DNA of 64,000 nt from an uncultured Actinomycetes bacterium (GCA_963826185.1 CAWGVY010000003.1:69905-133904), one strand, 5' to 3'. Positions 29,908 to 39,853 are shown, counted from the stretch's first letter. Made by a program: numbers and translations. Notes: generated from the sequence alone by a model not told the origin.

Positions 29908-29933
29908 GGCCCGGCCATCATGATGGCCGGGCC
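29908..29933. repeat. 26-bp perfect palindrome upstream of the secreted hydrolase gene
   Basis: GGCCCGGCCATCATGATGGCCGGGCC. I checked every position and each pairs with its mirror. It ends 20 nt before ATG 29954. Confidence 0.9.
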
Positions 29934-29953
29934 GACTCGTCGACGGGAGGGAG

Positions 29954-32032
29954 ATGATGACCGCACGAAGGCCGCGGGCAGGATGGCTCGTGATCGTGGT
30001 TGCCCTGCTCGCCTCTGGTGCGTTGTTGCCCGCGCATGCGGTCCGGCCGCACGCGCTCGCGGGTCGGGCCAACCGGGTTCCGGTGTTGTCCGGGGCGGTG
30101 GTGGCGACCGCCCTGCACATCGGTGGATCTCCCGTTCGCTCAGGTCCGCGCCTGAGGGTTGAGCGGGTCGCGGTGCCGGCCTCGGTGCGACGGACGGATG
30201 CAAGAGCGCCAGGCTCGGTGTTCGTCGTCACGATCGAGCGCCGGTTCCCACCTCGGGCGCTGCGGTACGTCGTGACGGCCGGGGGTCGCCCGGTCGCTTA
30301 TGGTGCTCCGACCGGCCGCCACGGGTGGCTGGAGGCGGTGACGGCCGACCCCACCGTCCTCAGCGCCCACCTGCGTGTTCGATATGGCGGGCGAGCAGCG
30401 ACCCCATGGCCGCCGGCCACCGTTCGTCCGGCGCGCACCCCTCAGCGTGCGGCGACACCGGGTCCCTTCGACGTCACCCGGCGCGGATACGACCTGGGGG
30501 ACGAGGTGTTCCAACCGACCGGTCTGAGCGGCAAGGTGGAGCTCACCGGGGACGTGCACTATCCCACGGACCTTACCCAAGGCCCGTTCCCCCTCGTCCT
30601 GTTCATGCACGGGAACCATTCCTCGTGCTACCTGAACGATCGCTCGGACTACGTGTGGCCCTGCCGCGCGGGCTGGCAGCCGATCCCGAACTTCCGCGGC
30701 TACGACTACATCGCGAGGCGCCTCGCCAGCTACGGGTACATCGTGGCGTCGGTGAGCGCCAACGGCGTGAACGTGCTCGGCAACGAGGTGGGCGACACCG
30801 GGATGCGTCAGCGAGGCGAGGTCATGGAACGCCACATCGATCTGTGGAAGATGTGGAACACCACCGGTGGGGCGCCGTTCGGCTCGCGGTTCGTCGGACA
30901 CGTGGATCTGTCGCGGATCGGCACGATGGGACATTCCCGCGGCGGCGAAGGCGTGGTCTGGAACGTGATCGTGGACCGCGAACGGACCAGCCCATACGGG
31001 ATCGACGCCGTCCTGCCGCTCGCCCCCGTGGACTTCGACCGAGCCACGGTCAACGACGTGCCCATGGCCGTGATGTTGCCCACGTGCGACGGAGACGTCT
31101 ACGACCTGCAGGGTGTGCATTTCTTCGATGACGCGCGGTACCTGCAACCGGGGGACCCCAGTCCGAAACAGACGGTCACGGTGTTCGGGGCCAACCACAA
31201 CTTCTTCAACACGGTCTGGTCGCCCTCAGGCGGCTACCCGGGGGCGTTCGACGACGGCGACCCCCACTGTCCGGACCGGCTGAGCGAGACGCAGCAACGC
31301 TACGTGGGGGCCGCCTACATCGTCAGCTTCTTCCGGCGCTACGTCGGAGGTGCGCTCGGGCAGGATCCGGTCTGGACCGGAGAGAGGACCCCTCCGGGTA
31401 TCGCTCCTCGCCGTGCAGCGCTCAGCTATCTGGCTCCCGACACGGCGCCGAGGCGCTTGGACGTGGATCGCTTCACCTCGGCGGGCGGTCTGATGCACGG
31501 TGAGGATGGCGGGGCCGTACACGGATGGAGTCTCCATCGCCTCGATTGGTGCGCGGACACCTTCGCCGATCCTTGCGTTCCCGGACGATTCACCTACAAC
31601 GATGTTCACCTTGAGGGCCTCGGCCGCGCGACCGTGGGCTGGGTCCACCGCCACGGGTCCCTCCGCTTCGATCTGCCCCCGGGAAGTCGCGACGTTCGTG
31701 GATTCGACGTCTTCCAGTTCCGCGCAGCCCTGAATCCGGGGTACCGCGTCAACCGCGGCGTGGCGACGCAGGACCTCTCCGTGGTGCTGGTCGACGGCGC
31801 CGGGGCGAAGGCGCAGGTGCCGGCGTCGATGGTCGGGGGAAGCGCTCTTCGGTACCCGCCCGCCCTTCATAAGTACTACGGGCACATCATCCTGAACCAG
31901 ATCCGCTTCCCGCTGAGGGACTTCTCAGGGATCGATCTGAGCGATGTTCGATCCGTGCAGTTGCGGTTCACCCGTACCGACAAAGGAGTGGTCGATATCG
32001 CGGACCTGGCGTTCACGCGAGGGGCGAACTAG
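29954..32032 (+). CDS. secreted alpha/beta hydrolase (lipase/esterase-like) with extra N- and C-terminal domains
   Basis: Signal peptide (LVIVVALLASGALLPAHA), LVLFMHGNH, a nucleophile elbow GHSRGG, and later CDGD and GANHNFFN as candidate Asp and His residues. 692 aa long. Confidence 0.6.
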   Translation: MMTARRPRAGWLVIVVALLASGALLPAHAVRPHALAGRANRVPVLSGAVVATALHIGGSPVRSGPRLRVERVAVPASVRRTDARAPGSVFVVTIERRFPPRALRYVVTAGGRPVAYGAPTGRHGWLEAVTADPTVLSAHLRVRYGGRAATPWPPATVRPARTPQRAATPGPFDVTRRGYDLGDEVFQPTGLSGKVELTGDVHYPTDLTQGPFPLVLFMHGNHSSCYLNDRSDYVWPCRAGWQPIPNFRGYDYIARRLASYGYIVASVSANGVNVLGNEVGDTGMRQRGEVMERHIDLWKMWNTTGGAPFGSRFVGHVDLSRIGTMGHSRGGEGVVWNVIVDRERTSPYGIDAVLPLAPVDFDRATVNDVPMAVMLPTCDGDVYDLQGVHFFDDARYLQPGDPSPKQTVTVFGANHNFFNTVWSPSGGYPGAFDDGDPHCPDRLSETQQRYVGAAYIVSFFRRYVGGALGQDPVWTGERTPPGIAPRRAALSYLAPDTAPRRLDVDRFTSAGGLMHGEDGGAVHGWSLHRLDWCADTFADPCVPGRFTYNDVHLEGLGRATVGWVHRHGSLRFDLPPGSRDVRGFDVFQFRAALNPGYRVNRGVATQDLSVVLVDGAGAKAQVPASMVGGSALRYPPALHKYYGHIILNQIRFPLRDFSGIDLSDVRSVQLRFTRTDKGVVDIADLAFTRGAN

Positions 32033-35000
32033 GGAGGGCCGGCGGCTCCGCTGGCGGGCTCGCCGGCAGGAAGACCCGGAACGAGGCCCCGCCCCCCCGC
32101 CGGTCCTCGACCCACACCTTGCCGCCGTGCAGCTCGGCGAACCTCCGCACGAGCGTCAACCCCACGCCCACGCCCGGCGAGTGAGGCGATGCGTTCGATC
32201 CCTGCCGGAACGGTTCGAAGATCGTTTCCCGCATGTCCTTCGGCACCCCTCCGCCGTCGTCCTCGATCGCGATCTCCACCCCTTCCGGTTCCCTGACCGC
32301 TCGCACCGAGACCCACACGGTGGTGCCTTTGGGGGCATGACGTGTCGTGTTGGCCAGCAGGTTCTCCACGATGCGTTCCACCTTCGCCGCGTCCGCGGGG
32401 ATCACGGTCGGCACGATGTCCGTACGGAGGCGCTCGGCCGGCACCAGCTCTGACTCGGCCAACGTCCGTCGCACCAGCTCGCCCACGTCCGTGGGCTGGA
32501 GCTTGGGTGCCACGATGCCGCGCGCGAGCCGATCCAGGTCGAGGAGGTTCGTGACCAGTCGCTCCAGGCGTCGCGCGTTGCTCGCGATGCGGCCGGCGAG
32601 GTCCCGAGCGTCGACAGCCGACAGCTGAACGTCGCCCCGCTCCAAGGTGATCGCGAGACCCAGGATGGCGGCCAGGGGCGTCCGGAGGTCGTGGGAGACG
32701 GCCTGCAGGAACGTGTTCTTCATATCGTCCAGCGCGCGCAGTCGATGGGTGGCCTCTCGTTCGACGGTGAGGGCACGTTCCAGCTGAGCCTCGGCCTCTT
32801 TGCGCTCGGTGATGTCCAGCAAGAAGCCCTGCCAATAGGAGGGCTTGCCCGGGAGCGTCACGAGCGTCGCCTCGTCCTGGACCCAGACGATCCGGCCGTC
32901 CTTGGCCATCATCCGGTACTCCATCGAGAATCGATCGTCGTCCCCGGTGTTGCTGTTCTCGTCGGCGGCGAAGACACGCTCCCGATCGTCGGGATGGATG
33001 ATCTTGCGCCACAGCGTCGGGTCGGCCTGCACGTCCTCGAGGGTGTAGCCGATCATCTCGGTGTTGCCGGGTGCGATGTACGTGGTCCTGGAGATCGCAG
33101 GGTCGTCCGGATCGATGTCCTGCGTGTAGAAGATCGCCTGGTTCTGTTCCACGATCGTTCGGAACTTGAGCTCCGCCTCACGCAGCTGAGCCTCGGCCTC
33201 CTTCCGCTGGGTGATGTCGACCATGAACCCCTGCCAGAACCCCTCCGCGCCCGACTCGTTGACGAAGGTGGCTTCGTCATGGACCCACACCCAGCGGCCG
33301 TCCTTGGTGAGGAACCGATAGTCCTGGGCGTAGGGTTCCAGGGTCCGGTTGGCTCGCTCGTCCGCCTCCAGCGTGGCGGCGCGATCATCCGGGTGGATCC
33401 TCGCCGCCCAGAACTCACGCGTGGTGAGCCACTCGTCCGGTCGGAAACCGAACAGGGCCTCGACCTGGGGACTGACGTAGAAGCGCTCAGGAGCCCGTTC
33501 AGGCGATTCCGTGTACACGACCGCCGGGATGTGTTCGACGAGCGCTCGGTACCGCTCCTCGGCCTCCCGCAGGGACGTCTCCGCCGCCTTCTGTTGGGTG
33601 ATGTCGATCAGCACTCCCTGCCAGAAGAGAGGAACACCCGCTTCGTCGTGCACACGGACCGCCTCATCGTGGATCCATCGGTACGTGCCGTCGGACGTGA
33701 GGAACCTGTACTCACTCACGTAGGGCTCACCCGTCTCGTTCGCGCGCACGTTCAGCTCCCATGTGGCCGAGAGATCATCGGGGTGGATGTGGTCGCGCCA
33801 GAAGTTGGAGGTGCCGTTCCACTCGGCGGCCTCGTAGCCGAGCACGTCGACCACCTGGGGACTGAGGTAGAGCTCACCCTCGGTGGCCACGATCGGCTCG
33901 GCGTAGACCACCGCCGGGATGTGCTCGACCAAGGCCCGGTAGCGTTGCTCGGCGGCTCGAAGGCGCTGCTCCGCCTCCTTCTGTTCGGTGACGTCGACCA
34001 TGACGCCTTGCCAGAAGAGCGGGTCGCCGAGTTCTCCCCGGACCAGGACGGACTCGTCGTGGAGCCACACCGTTCGCCCGTCTCGCGCGATCATCCGGTA
34101 GTCCTGGCGGTACGGCTCCCCAGATGCCGCGGTTCGCGAGGACTCCTCGATCACCGGTCCGCGATCGTCCTGGTGGGTCCGCTCCATCCAGAAGCCGGGG
34201 ACGGACCACTCCTCTTTCGTGAAGCCCAGGATCTCCTCGATCTGCGGGCTCACGTACGTCATCGTGGAGGCGGGGTCGTAGGGCAGCTCGCCGTAGGGTT
34301 CCTGATAGGTGATCACGGGGGTGTGTTCCACGATGATCCGGAAGCGTTCCTCGGCCTCACGCACCTGCTCCTCGACGCGCTTGCGTTGGGTGATGTCCGT
34401 CATGAAGCCGAGGAAGTAGTCGACCGTCCCGTCATCACGGAACACGGCCTCCGACGTGTCGTGCACCCACACCGATCGGCCGTCGGCGGTGCGCATCCTG
34501 TACTCGTGGTCGAACGGGGTCGTATCGGCGGCATCGAACGCGTTCGTCGCCTCCAACCGCGCCCGGTCCTCGGGGTGGATCAGGCTCATCCACAACGTCG
34601 GGTCCTGCCGGAACCGCTCGGCCGGATATCCCAGGACCCCTTCGATCTGAGGACTCACGAACCCCATGTCGACGCCCCCTTCCGGGCGGGGGACGTCCGT
34701 GTATGTGACGGCGGGGATCCGTTCGACCAGTTGCCGGTACCGCGTCTGCGCCTCGTGACGTTCGCCCTCGACCCGTTGACGCTGCACCGCCGCGCCCAGG
34801 ACGCTGGCGGCAGCACGAAGGGCGTCCAGCTCGCCTCCGCTCCAGTCGCGCACCCGTTGGCAATCGTCGAACCCGATGCACCCCCACCAAGCCCCGGCCG
34901 AGAAGACGGGGACCGCCGCCACCGACACGATGTCCTGCCGGAGCAGCTCCTCACGTTCCGACGAGGGGAACGCGGCCACGTCTCCCTGCACCACCTCCCC

Positions 35001-35326
35001 GAGAGCCATCAGGTCGACCCATCGTTCGAACCCGCCATCGGCCCAGGCGACGTCGTTCAACACGGGGTTGTGGGCCTGCGACGACACCCCGGGGCACACC
35101 ACTCGGCTCGCTGCTTCGATGTCGGCCGGCCGACCGTGTCCAGGCCGTTCTCGATGACGTAGGCGCGAGAGACACCCGCACCGGCCCCCAGGCGCGCGAC
35201 CACGCCACCCGCCACGAGGCGCCAGTCCTCCGCCAGCAACAGTTGTTCGGCAGCGAACGCCACGGCCTCGAGGATCGCGTCACGTCGCAACGCAGCGTCG
35301 TGAGCGTGATGCGCCGTCTCCACCAT
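32013..35326 (-). CDS. GAF + 5xPAS + HisKA + HATPase sensor histidine kinase (one apparent frame change near 35090)
   Basis: H-box SHDLRTP and a C-terminal ATPase domain. There are five PAS units, each ending in WQG[FV][ML][VI]D[IV]T[EQ][QR]K. The GAF domain is split between ORF 35057..35326 (SRAYVIENGL...RAEWCAPG) and ORF 32013..35102 (VSSQAHNPVLNDVAW...). Confidence 0.8.
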
Positions 35327-35443
35327 CCAGCAGCTCCTCGCAGGGTCGGCGCACGCATGAGCCGACCGGACCGGTCTCGGTGGTTATCGGCCGATGCCGT
35401 CCTGGGTGAAGCCGGCGCCGCGCCGGGTGTGGAGCCGGAACGC

Positions 35444-36595
35444 TCAGATGGGGTCGGGCAGGGCTCCGGGCGCCAGGTCGGCGGTCGGGGTCTCATCGCC
35501 GCCCGGCCAGCGCTGGCGGGACTTCGCGGCCAGCTTGAACATGAGGTCCACTGCCTTCGGGTCCTCCGTGGCGGGTCGGGACTCGATCACCCCTTCGGCG
35601 ACCGCACGCTCCCAGATGTCGGTGCCTCGATCCGTGCGGACGATCGTGAGGGTCCATCCATCGGACTGACCCAGGCCCCCGAACGAGATGTCCGCGTGCT
35701 CGGCCGCGAAGTCCGGGCATCGCAGGCAGCCCGGGCGGGTGAACCGGTGAGCGTCCTTGAGGGGGTAGGTGACCTCGTCACCCGCATCCGTGTAGAAGAG
35801 CAGCTTGCCCTTGACGTTGACGCGGACCAGGTGGTCCAGGTCCAGCCCAAGTTCCTGCTGCGCGATCTCATCCATCAGGCCGTCGTAGGTGAACGTCTTG
35901 GAGCACAGGAGCCCGAAGGTCCAGGCGATCTTCCGCCGCCACTTATTCACCCGCCGCGCCTCCATCGCCCCCGTCACGCTGGCCTGGCATGACATCCCCA
36001 CCAGGGCCACCTTGGACAGCCCCAGCTCCGCGGCTTTGATCAGGGCCAGCGGATTCGCCGAGTAGGTGTAGCGGGAGCCGGCCGTATCGATCACGCCCTG
36101 TTCGTCTGTCACCACGGTTGGTTCCGCGTCCCATCGGCGATCGGCTGAGAGCTTGGAGGTGCAAGCACCGTCGATCTCGCCCTTGCTCAGTCCCCAGATC
36201 AGCAGCGCCGACACGACGCCACCGTCCTGCCCCGTCATCAGCTGGGAGGCGTCGGTCGCCCGCGCCAGCACGATGTCGTGGTATTTGCCGATCACCTCGT
36301 CGGGGGAACGCGTCATGCCGAACAGGGTCGTGTCGATCTCACCTTCCCAATCACGGAACCGCGGGCAGGCGCGGGTGCAGATGTCGCATCCCTTGTCGCC
36401 GTGAGCGCAGGCGTCGGGCCCGTCCTCCTGCAGCTGGACCGGCACGTCGTCCTCGTACCCCAGGACGTGGAAGGGGCAGGCGACGATGCAGGCCGTGCAC
36501 CCGGTGCACAGCCCGGTCATCACGACTTCGTGGTAGAGCTCGCGCCACTGGGTCTTGTCGGCGGAGGAGGGCATCGGCCCAGGCAGCATATCCAC
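35444..36595 (-). CDS. FrhB/FdhB-family (coenzyme F420 hydrogenase/dehydrogenase beta-like) protein with an N-terminal 2x[4Fe-4S] domain
   Basis: Cys clusters [12 protein letters not shown] and [16 protein letters not shown], followed by an FrhB-like C-terminal region. Confidence 0.6.
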   Translation of the reverse strand: MDMLPGPMPSSADKTQWRELYHEVVMTGLCTGCTACIVACPFHVLGYEDDVPVQLQEDGPDACAHGDKGCDICTRACPRFRDWEGEIDTTLFGMTRSPDEVIGKYHDIVLARATDASQLMTGQDGGVVSALLIWGLSKGEIDGACTSKLSADRRWDAEPTVVTDEQGVIDTAGSRYTYSANPLALIKAAELGLSKVALVGMSCQASVTGAMEARRVNKWRRKIAWTFGLLCSKTFTYDGLMDEIAQQELGLDLDHLVRVNVKGKLLFYTDAGDEVTYPLKDAHRFTRPGCLRCPDFAAEHADISFGGLGQSDGWTLTIVRTDRGTDIWERAVAEGVIESRPATEDPKAVDLMFKLAAKSRQRWPGGDETPTADLAPGALPDPI

Positions 36596-36665
36596 CTACG
36601 CCCGAGGCGTGAACCGGTCCGCCCGCCCGCCCGTAGTACCGCTGAGCTGATCGACGGGAGGGACG

Positions 36666-37024
36666 ATGCGAAGCAAGCGATGGGTGATCGTGGGGGTCGC
36701 GATCGTGGCGCTGGTGTTGACGGGCACCGCCTGCAGCAAGGACTCGGGAGGAGCGACTCCGGCTCGACGGCCGGCGGATTGACCTTAGGGGTGAAGGACT
36801 TCGAGTTCGATCCATCGACGCTGCAGGTCCCGAGCGGGGAGACCACGGTCACGATCACGAACACCGGTTCGGTGGAGCACAGCTTCACGCTGGATGATGA
36901 CAGCGTCTCGCAGGACATCGAGCCGGGGGAGTCGCAGACGGTCACGGTGAACCTGACGGCCGACGCCGGGTTCCACTGCAAGTACCACCCCACCCAGATG
37001 ACGGGAACGCTGACCGTGGGGTGA
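36666..37024 (+). CDS. cupredoxin-domain lipoprotein (one apparent frame change near 36750)
   Basis: The signal/lipobox sequence MRSKRWVIVGVAIVALVLTGTAC is in one frame. The cupredoxin domain (FTLDD...FHCKYHPTQMTGTLTV, with Cys/His/Met copper ligands) is in the frame of ORF 36278..37024. Confidence 0.65.
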
Positions 37025-37034
37025 CGCGTGTGCG

Positions 37035-37382
37035 CTAGATGCTGAAGGATTCCCCGCAGGCACATTCGTGGGTGGCCTGCGGGTTCAGCACCTTCAGCCC
37101 GCCTCCCATCAGGGCGTCGTTGAAGTCGAGCGTCGATCCCGAGACGATCGGGGCGCTGGCCGGATCGATGAGGATCCGGACACCATCGGGTCCCTGGATC
37201 ACGTGATCGTCGCCGGCCGCGTCGTCCTCGAACGACAACCGGTAGCTGAAGCCGGAGCACCCGCCAGCCGTGACCCGGATGCGCAGGATGGCGTCGGCGC
37301 GACCATCCTTCGCCGCGAGGGAGCGCGTCTTCATCGCGGCGCGTGGGGTCACCGTGATGAGGCTGGCGGTGGGGGCATCCAT
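37035..37382 (-). CDS. HesB/IscA-family iron-sulfur cluster insertion protein
   Basis: 115 aa with GGCSGF and the C-terminal CACGESFSI signature. Confidence 0.85.
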   Translation of the reverse strand: MDAPTASLITVTPRAAMKTRSLAAKDGRADAILRIRVTAGGCSGFSYRLSFEDDAAGDDHVIQGPDGVRILIDPASAPIVSGSTLDFNDALMGGGLKVLNPQATHECACGESFSI

Positions 37383-37419
37383 CGGTCCAAGGATACCTCC
37401 AGACGCCCGCTCGACCTGT

Positions 37420-38604
37420 CTATCCCGGGAAGGTGGCGAACATCCGGGCGTAGATACGAGCGGCGGAGAGCATCTCGTTCACCGGGATCGACTCGTTCGC
37501 ACTGTGGGCGACGGAGAGGGAGCCCGGGCCCAAGATGATCGTGGGGATCTTCGCGTCGTTGATGTAGAAGCGCGCGTCCGTGATGCCGGAGAACCCCAGA
37601 TCCTCTGGAGCGCGACCGACCTCGGCCGCGACGGCCTCCCGGCCGAGGTCGGCGATGGCGGAGTCCCCAGGCGCCTCCGCCGCCGGGGTCCATTCACGCA
37701 AGGTGATATCGAGGTCGACCTCGGGATGTTCCCGCCTGATGTCTGACACCAGATCCAGGAAGGGAGCCCGGACGGCCTCCGGATCGGTCTCTCCTGGGAT
37801 CGTGCGCCGGTCCACCTCGAGGGTGCACCGATCGGGAACGACGTTGGGGGCACTCCCGCCCGAGATGATGGCAGCGTTCACCGTGGGAGGGCCGATCAGC
37901 GGATGCTCGATCGCCGGCAAGACCTCAGGCAGCCGGAGCAGCAAGCGTGCCATCGAGGTGATCGCGTTCACGCCGCGATGGGGCTGGGAACCGTGGGCGG
38001 AGCGGCCGAACGCGGTGGCCGTGAACCAGGCCCCGCCGCGCTCGGCCAAGCCGATCTGCAGTTCGCTGGGTTCGCCAACGATGCAGGCGTCCTGGACCAG
38101 CAGACCCTGATCGAGCAGCACCTTCGTCCCGTGGATCCCCATGTGCTCCTCGTCGGCCGCCAGGTGGAAGACGAGCGTTCCTGAGAGCTCGACCTTCGCC
38201 CGACGCAGGGCCGAGGCCGCGGCCAGCGCGGCCGCGATCGGACCCTTCATGTCGGCAGCGCCACGGCCGAACAGGCGTCCTGCGACGATCTCGCCCGTCC
38301 AGGGGTCGTGGTCCCACGTGTCGCGCGACCCCGCCGGCACGACATCGAGATGGCCGTTCCAGGCGAGGGAGGGGCGTCCCCCGCTCCCTATGGCCGCGAC
38401 CACGCTCGGCCGACCGGTCTCGGATCGGACCGTCCTGGGTTCGGCCCCCAACGTCGCCAAGATGTCGGTGGCGACCTCCGCCGCTTCGTCTTCTGTGCCA
38501 CCCGGGTTCTCGCTGGGAGCCGCGATCAGGGCCCGGGCGAACCGGATCATCTCATCGTCATCCACCGCTTCGGACACGGCGCGGAGGACGCCCTCATCTA
38601 CCAT
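37420..38604 (-). CDS. M20-family metallopeptidase (ArgE/DapE-like deacylase)
   Basis: Motifs GHLDVVP, GRGAADMKG and ADEE. Confidence 0.75.
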   Translation of the reverse strand: MVDEGVLRAVSEAVDDDEMIRFARALIAAPSENPGGTEDEAAEVATDILATLGAEPRTVRSETGRPSVVAAIGSGGRPSLAWNGHLDVVPAGSRDTWDHDPWTGEIVAGRLFGRGAADMKGPIAAALAAASALRRAKVELSGTLVFHLAADEEHMGIHGTKVLLDQGLLVQDACIVGEPSELQIGLAERGGAWFTATAFGRSAHGSQPHRGVNAITSMARLLLRLPEVLPAIEHPLIGPPTVNAAIISGGSAPNVVPDRCTLEVDRRTIPGETDPEAVRAPFLDLVSDIRREHPEVDLDITLREWTPAAEAPGDSAIADLGREAVAAEVGRAPEDLGFSGITDARFYINDAKIPTIILGPGSLSVAHSANESIPVNEMLSAARIYARMFATFPG

Positions 38605-38612
38605 GGCGCGGG

Positions 38613-39212
38613 ATGGTACACCCCGCCGATCTGGGCCTCGCGCTCCGCCGCTCGCTCGATCCTGAGCCGGCCCCCGAGCCCATGCCCGGCGATCGGCTGG
38701 CCGCGGTGTTGGTGCCGTTGATCGAGGGTCCGGCGCCGTCCCTCGTGTTCACGGTGCGGGCCGCCGATCTGTCCCGGCACCCGGGAGAGATCTCGTTCCC
38801 CGGCGGGTTGCAGGATGCCGGCGAATCCCTGCGGGAGACCGCGCTGCGGGAGGCCGCCGAGGAGATCGGGTTGTCCAGCTCGGACGTCCAGGTCCTGGGG
38901 GGGTTGCCCCCCGTGCACACGACCGTGAGCGGCATCCTGGTCGTGCCGTTCGTGGGGATGCTGTCCGCGGCCCCCTCACTCACCCTGAGCGCTGCCGAGA
39001 TCGCCGAGGTGCTGATCTTCCCCATCGCGGATCTCGACCGAGCCGAGGAGCCCGTGAGCTACGAGCGCCCGGGGGGCGGCACCTGGCATGGGTTCGCGTA
39101 CCCCATGGGTGCCCACACGATCTGGGGCGCCACCGGATGGATGCTCCACGCGCTCTTGGAGCGTTGGCGCGAGGTGGTCGGCTCCGGGCGGCGACGATCG
39201 GTGGAGCCCTGA
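38613..39212 (+). CDS. NUDIX hydrolase, CoA pyrophosphatase-like
   Basis: NUDIX box GGLQDAGESLRETALREAAEEIGL preceded by ISFPGG. The start could instead be ATG 38682. Confidence 0.75.
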   Translation: MVHPADLGLALRRSLDPEPAPEPMPGDRLAAVLVPLIEGPAPSLVFTVRAADLSRHPGEISFPGGLQDAGESLRETALREAAEEIGLSSSDVQVLGGLPPVHTTVSGILVVPFVGMLSAAPSLTLSAAEIAEVLIFPIADLDRAEEPVSYERPGGGTWHGFAYPMGAHTIWGATGWMLHALLERWREVVGSGRRRSVEP

Positions 39213-39233
39213 GGACCGGTACGGCCGGAGGAG

Positions 39234-39692
39234 ATGGAGGTCAGCGTGGATGACGATGTGACGGTCGTGGCACCTGAGGATCGGGAACTACGGATCCTGC
39301 TCGGCGACGCGCGCACGATCGCGGTCGTGGGATTATCGTCCAGGCCCGACCGGCCCTCCCACGATGTGGCGGCGTTCCTCCAGGCGCGCGGATACCGGAT
39401 CGTTCCGGTGAATCCACGTGAGACCGAGGTGTTGGGGGAGCCTGCCTTCGCCTCGCTCCGGGATATCCCCAAGGAGGTGCCGATCGATGTCGTCGACGTG
39501 TTCCGCCGCGCGGAGGACACGCCGCCGATCGCGCGCGACGCGGTCGCGATCGGTGCCAAGGTCCTGTGGCTGCAGGACGGCATCATCAGCGACGACGCCT
39601 ATCGGATCGCATCCGAGGGTGGTCTCGACGTCATCATGGGGGTCTGCATCAAGCGGACGACCCAACGACTGGATCGGGAGGGAACCGCATGA
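39234..39692 (+). CDS. CoA-binding domain protein (YccU/YneT-like)
   Basis: Motifs RTIAVVGLSSRPDRPSH and VPVNP. Confidence 0.75.
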   Translation: MEVSVDDDVTVVAPEDRELRILLGDARTIAVVGLSSRPDRPSHDVAAFLQARGYRIVPVNPRETEVLGEPAFASLRDIPKEVPIDVVDVFRRAEDTPPIARDAVAIGAKVLWLQDGIISDDAYRIASEGGLDVIMGVCIKRTTQRLDREGTA

Positions 39693-39853
39693 CCACATGG
39701 GAGTACTTCGTCGCGCCATTGCTCGAGCACAACCCGGGCGAGATCCTGAACACGTTCGGTGACGACGGATGGGAGCTGGTGGGGGTGATCCAGGCGCAGA
39801 ACCCGATGGGCGGTGTGTCGCTCGTCGCGTACTTGAAACGTCCCAAGGCGTGA
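39689..39853 (+). CDS. small DUF4177-like protein
   Basis: The in-frame ATG at 39689 overlaps the upstream stop. 54 aa (MTTWEYFVAPL...DGWELVGV). Confidence 0.5.
   Translation: MTTWEYFVAPLLEHNPGEILNTFGDDGWELVGVIQAQNPMGGVSLVAYLKRPKA

Noticed and set aside
32691-35162. 823-aa plus-strand ORF.
   Set aside because: It is the mirror frame of the PAS histidine kinase, with no motifs and a Val/Arg/Gly/Asp-rich composition.
35344-35367. A 7-bp-stem hairpin (GGTCGGC-10 nt-GCCGACC) between the FrhB-like gene and the kinase gene, considered as a terminator.
   Set aside because: The stem is short, the loop is large and there is no U-tract. It is indistinguishable from chance GC-rich pairing.
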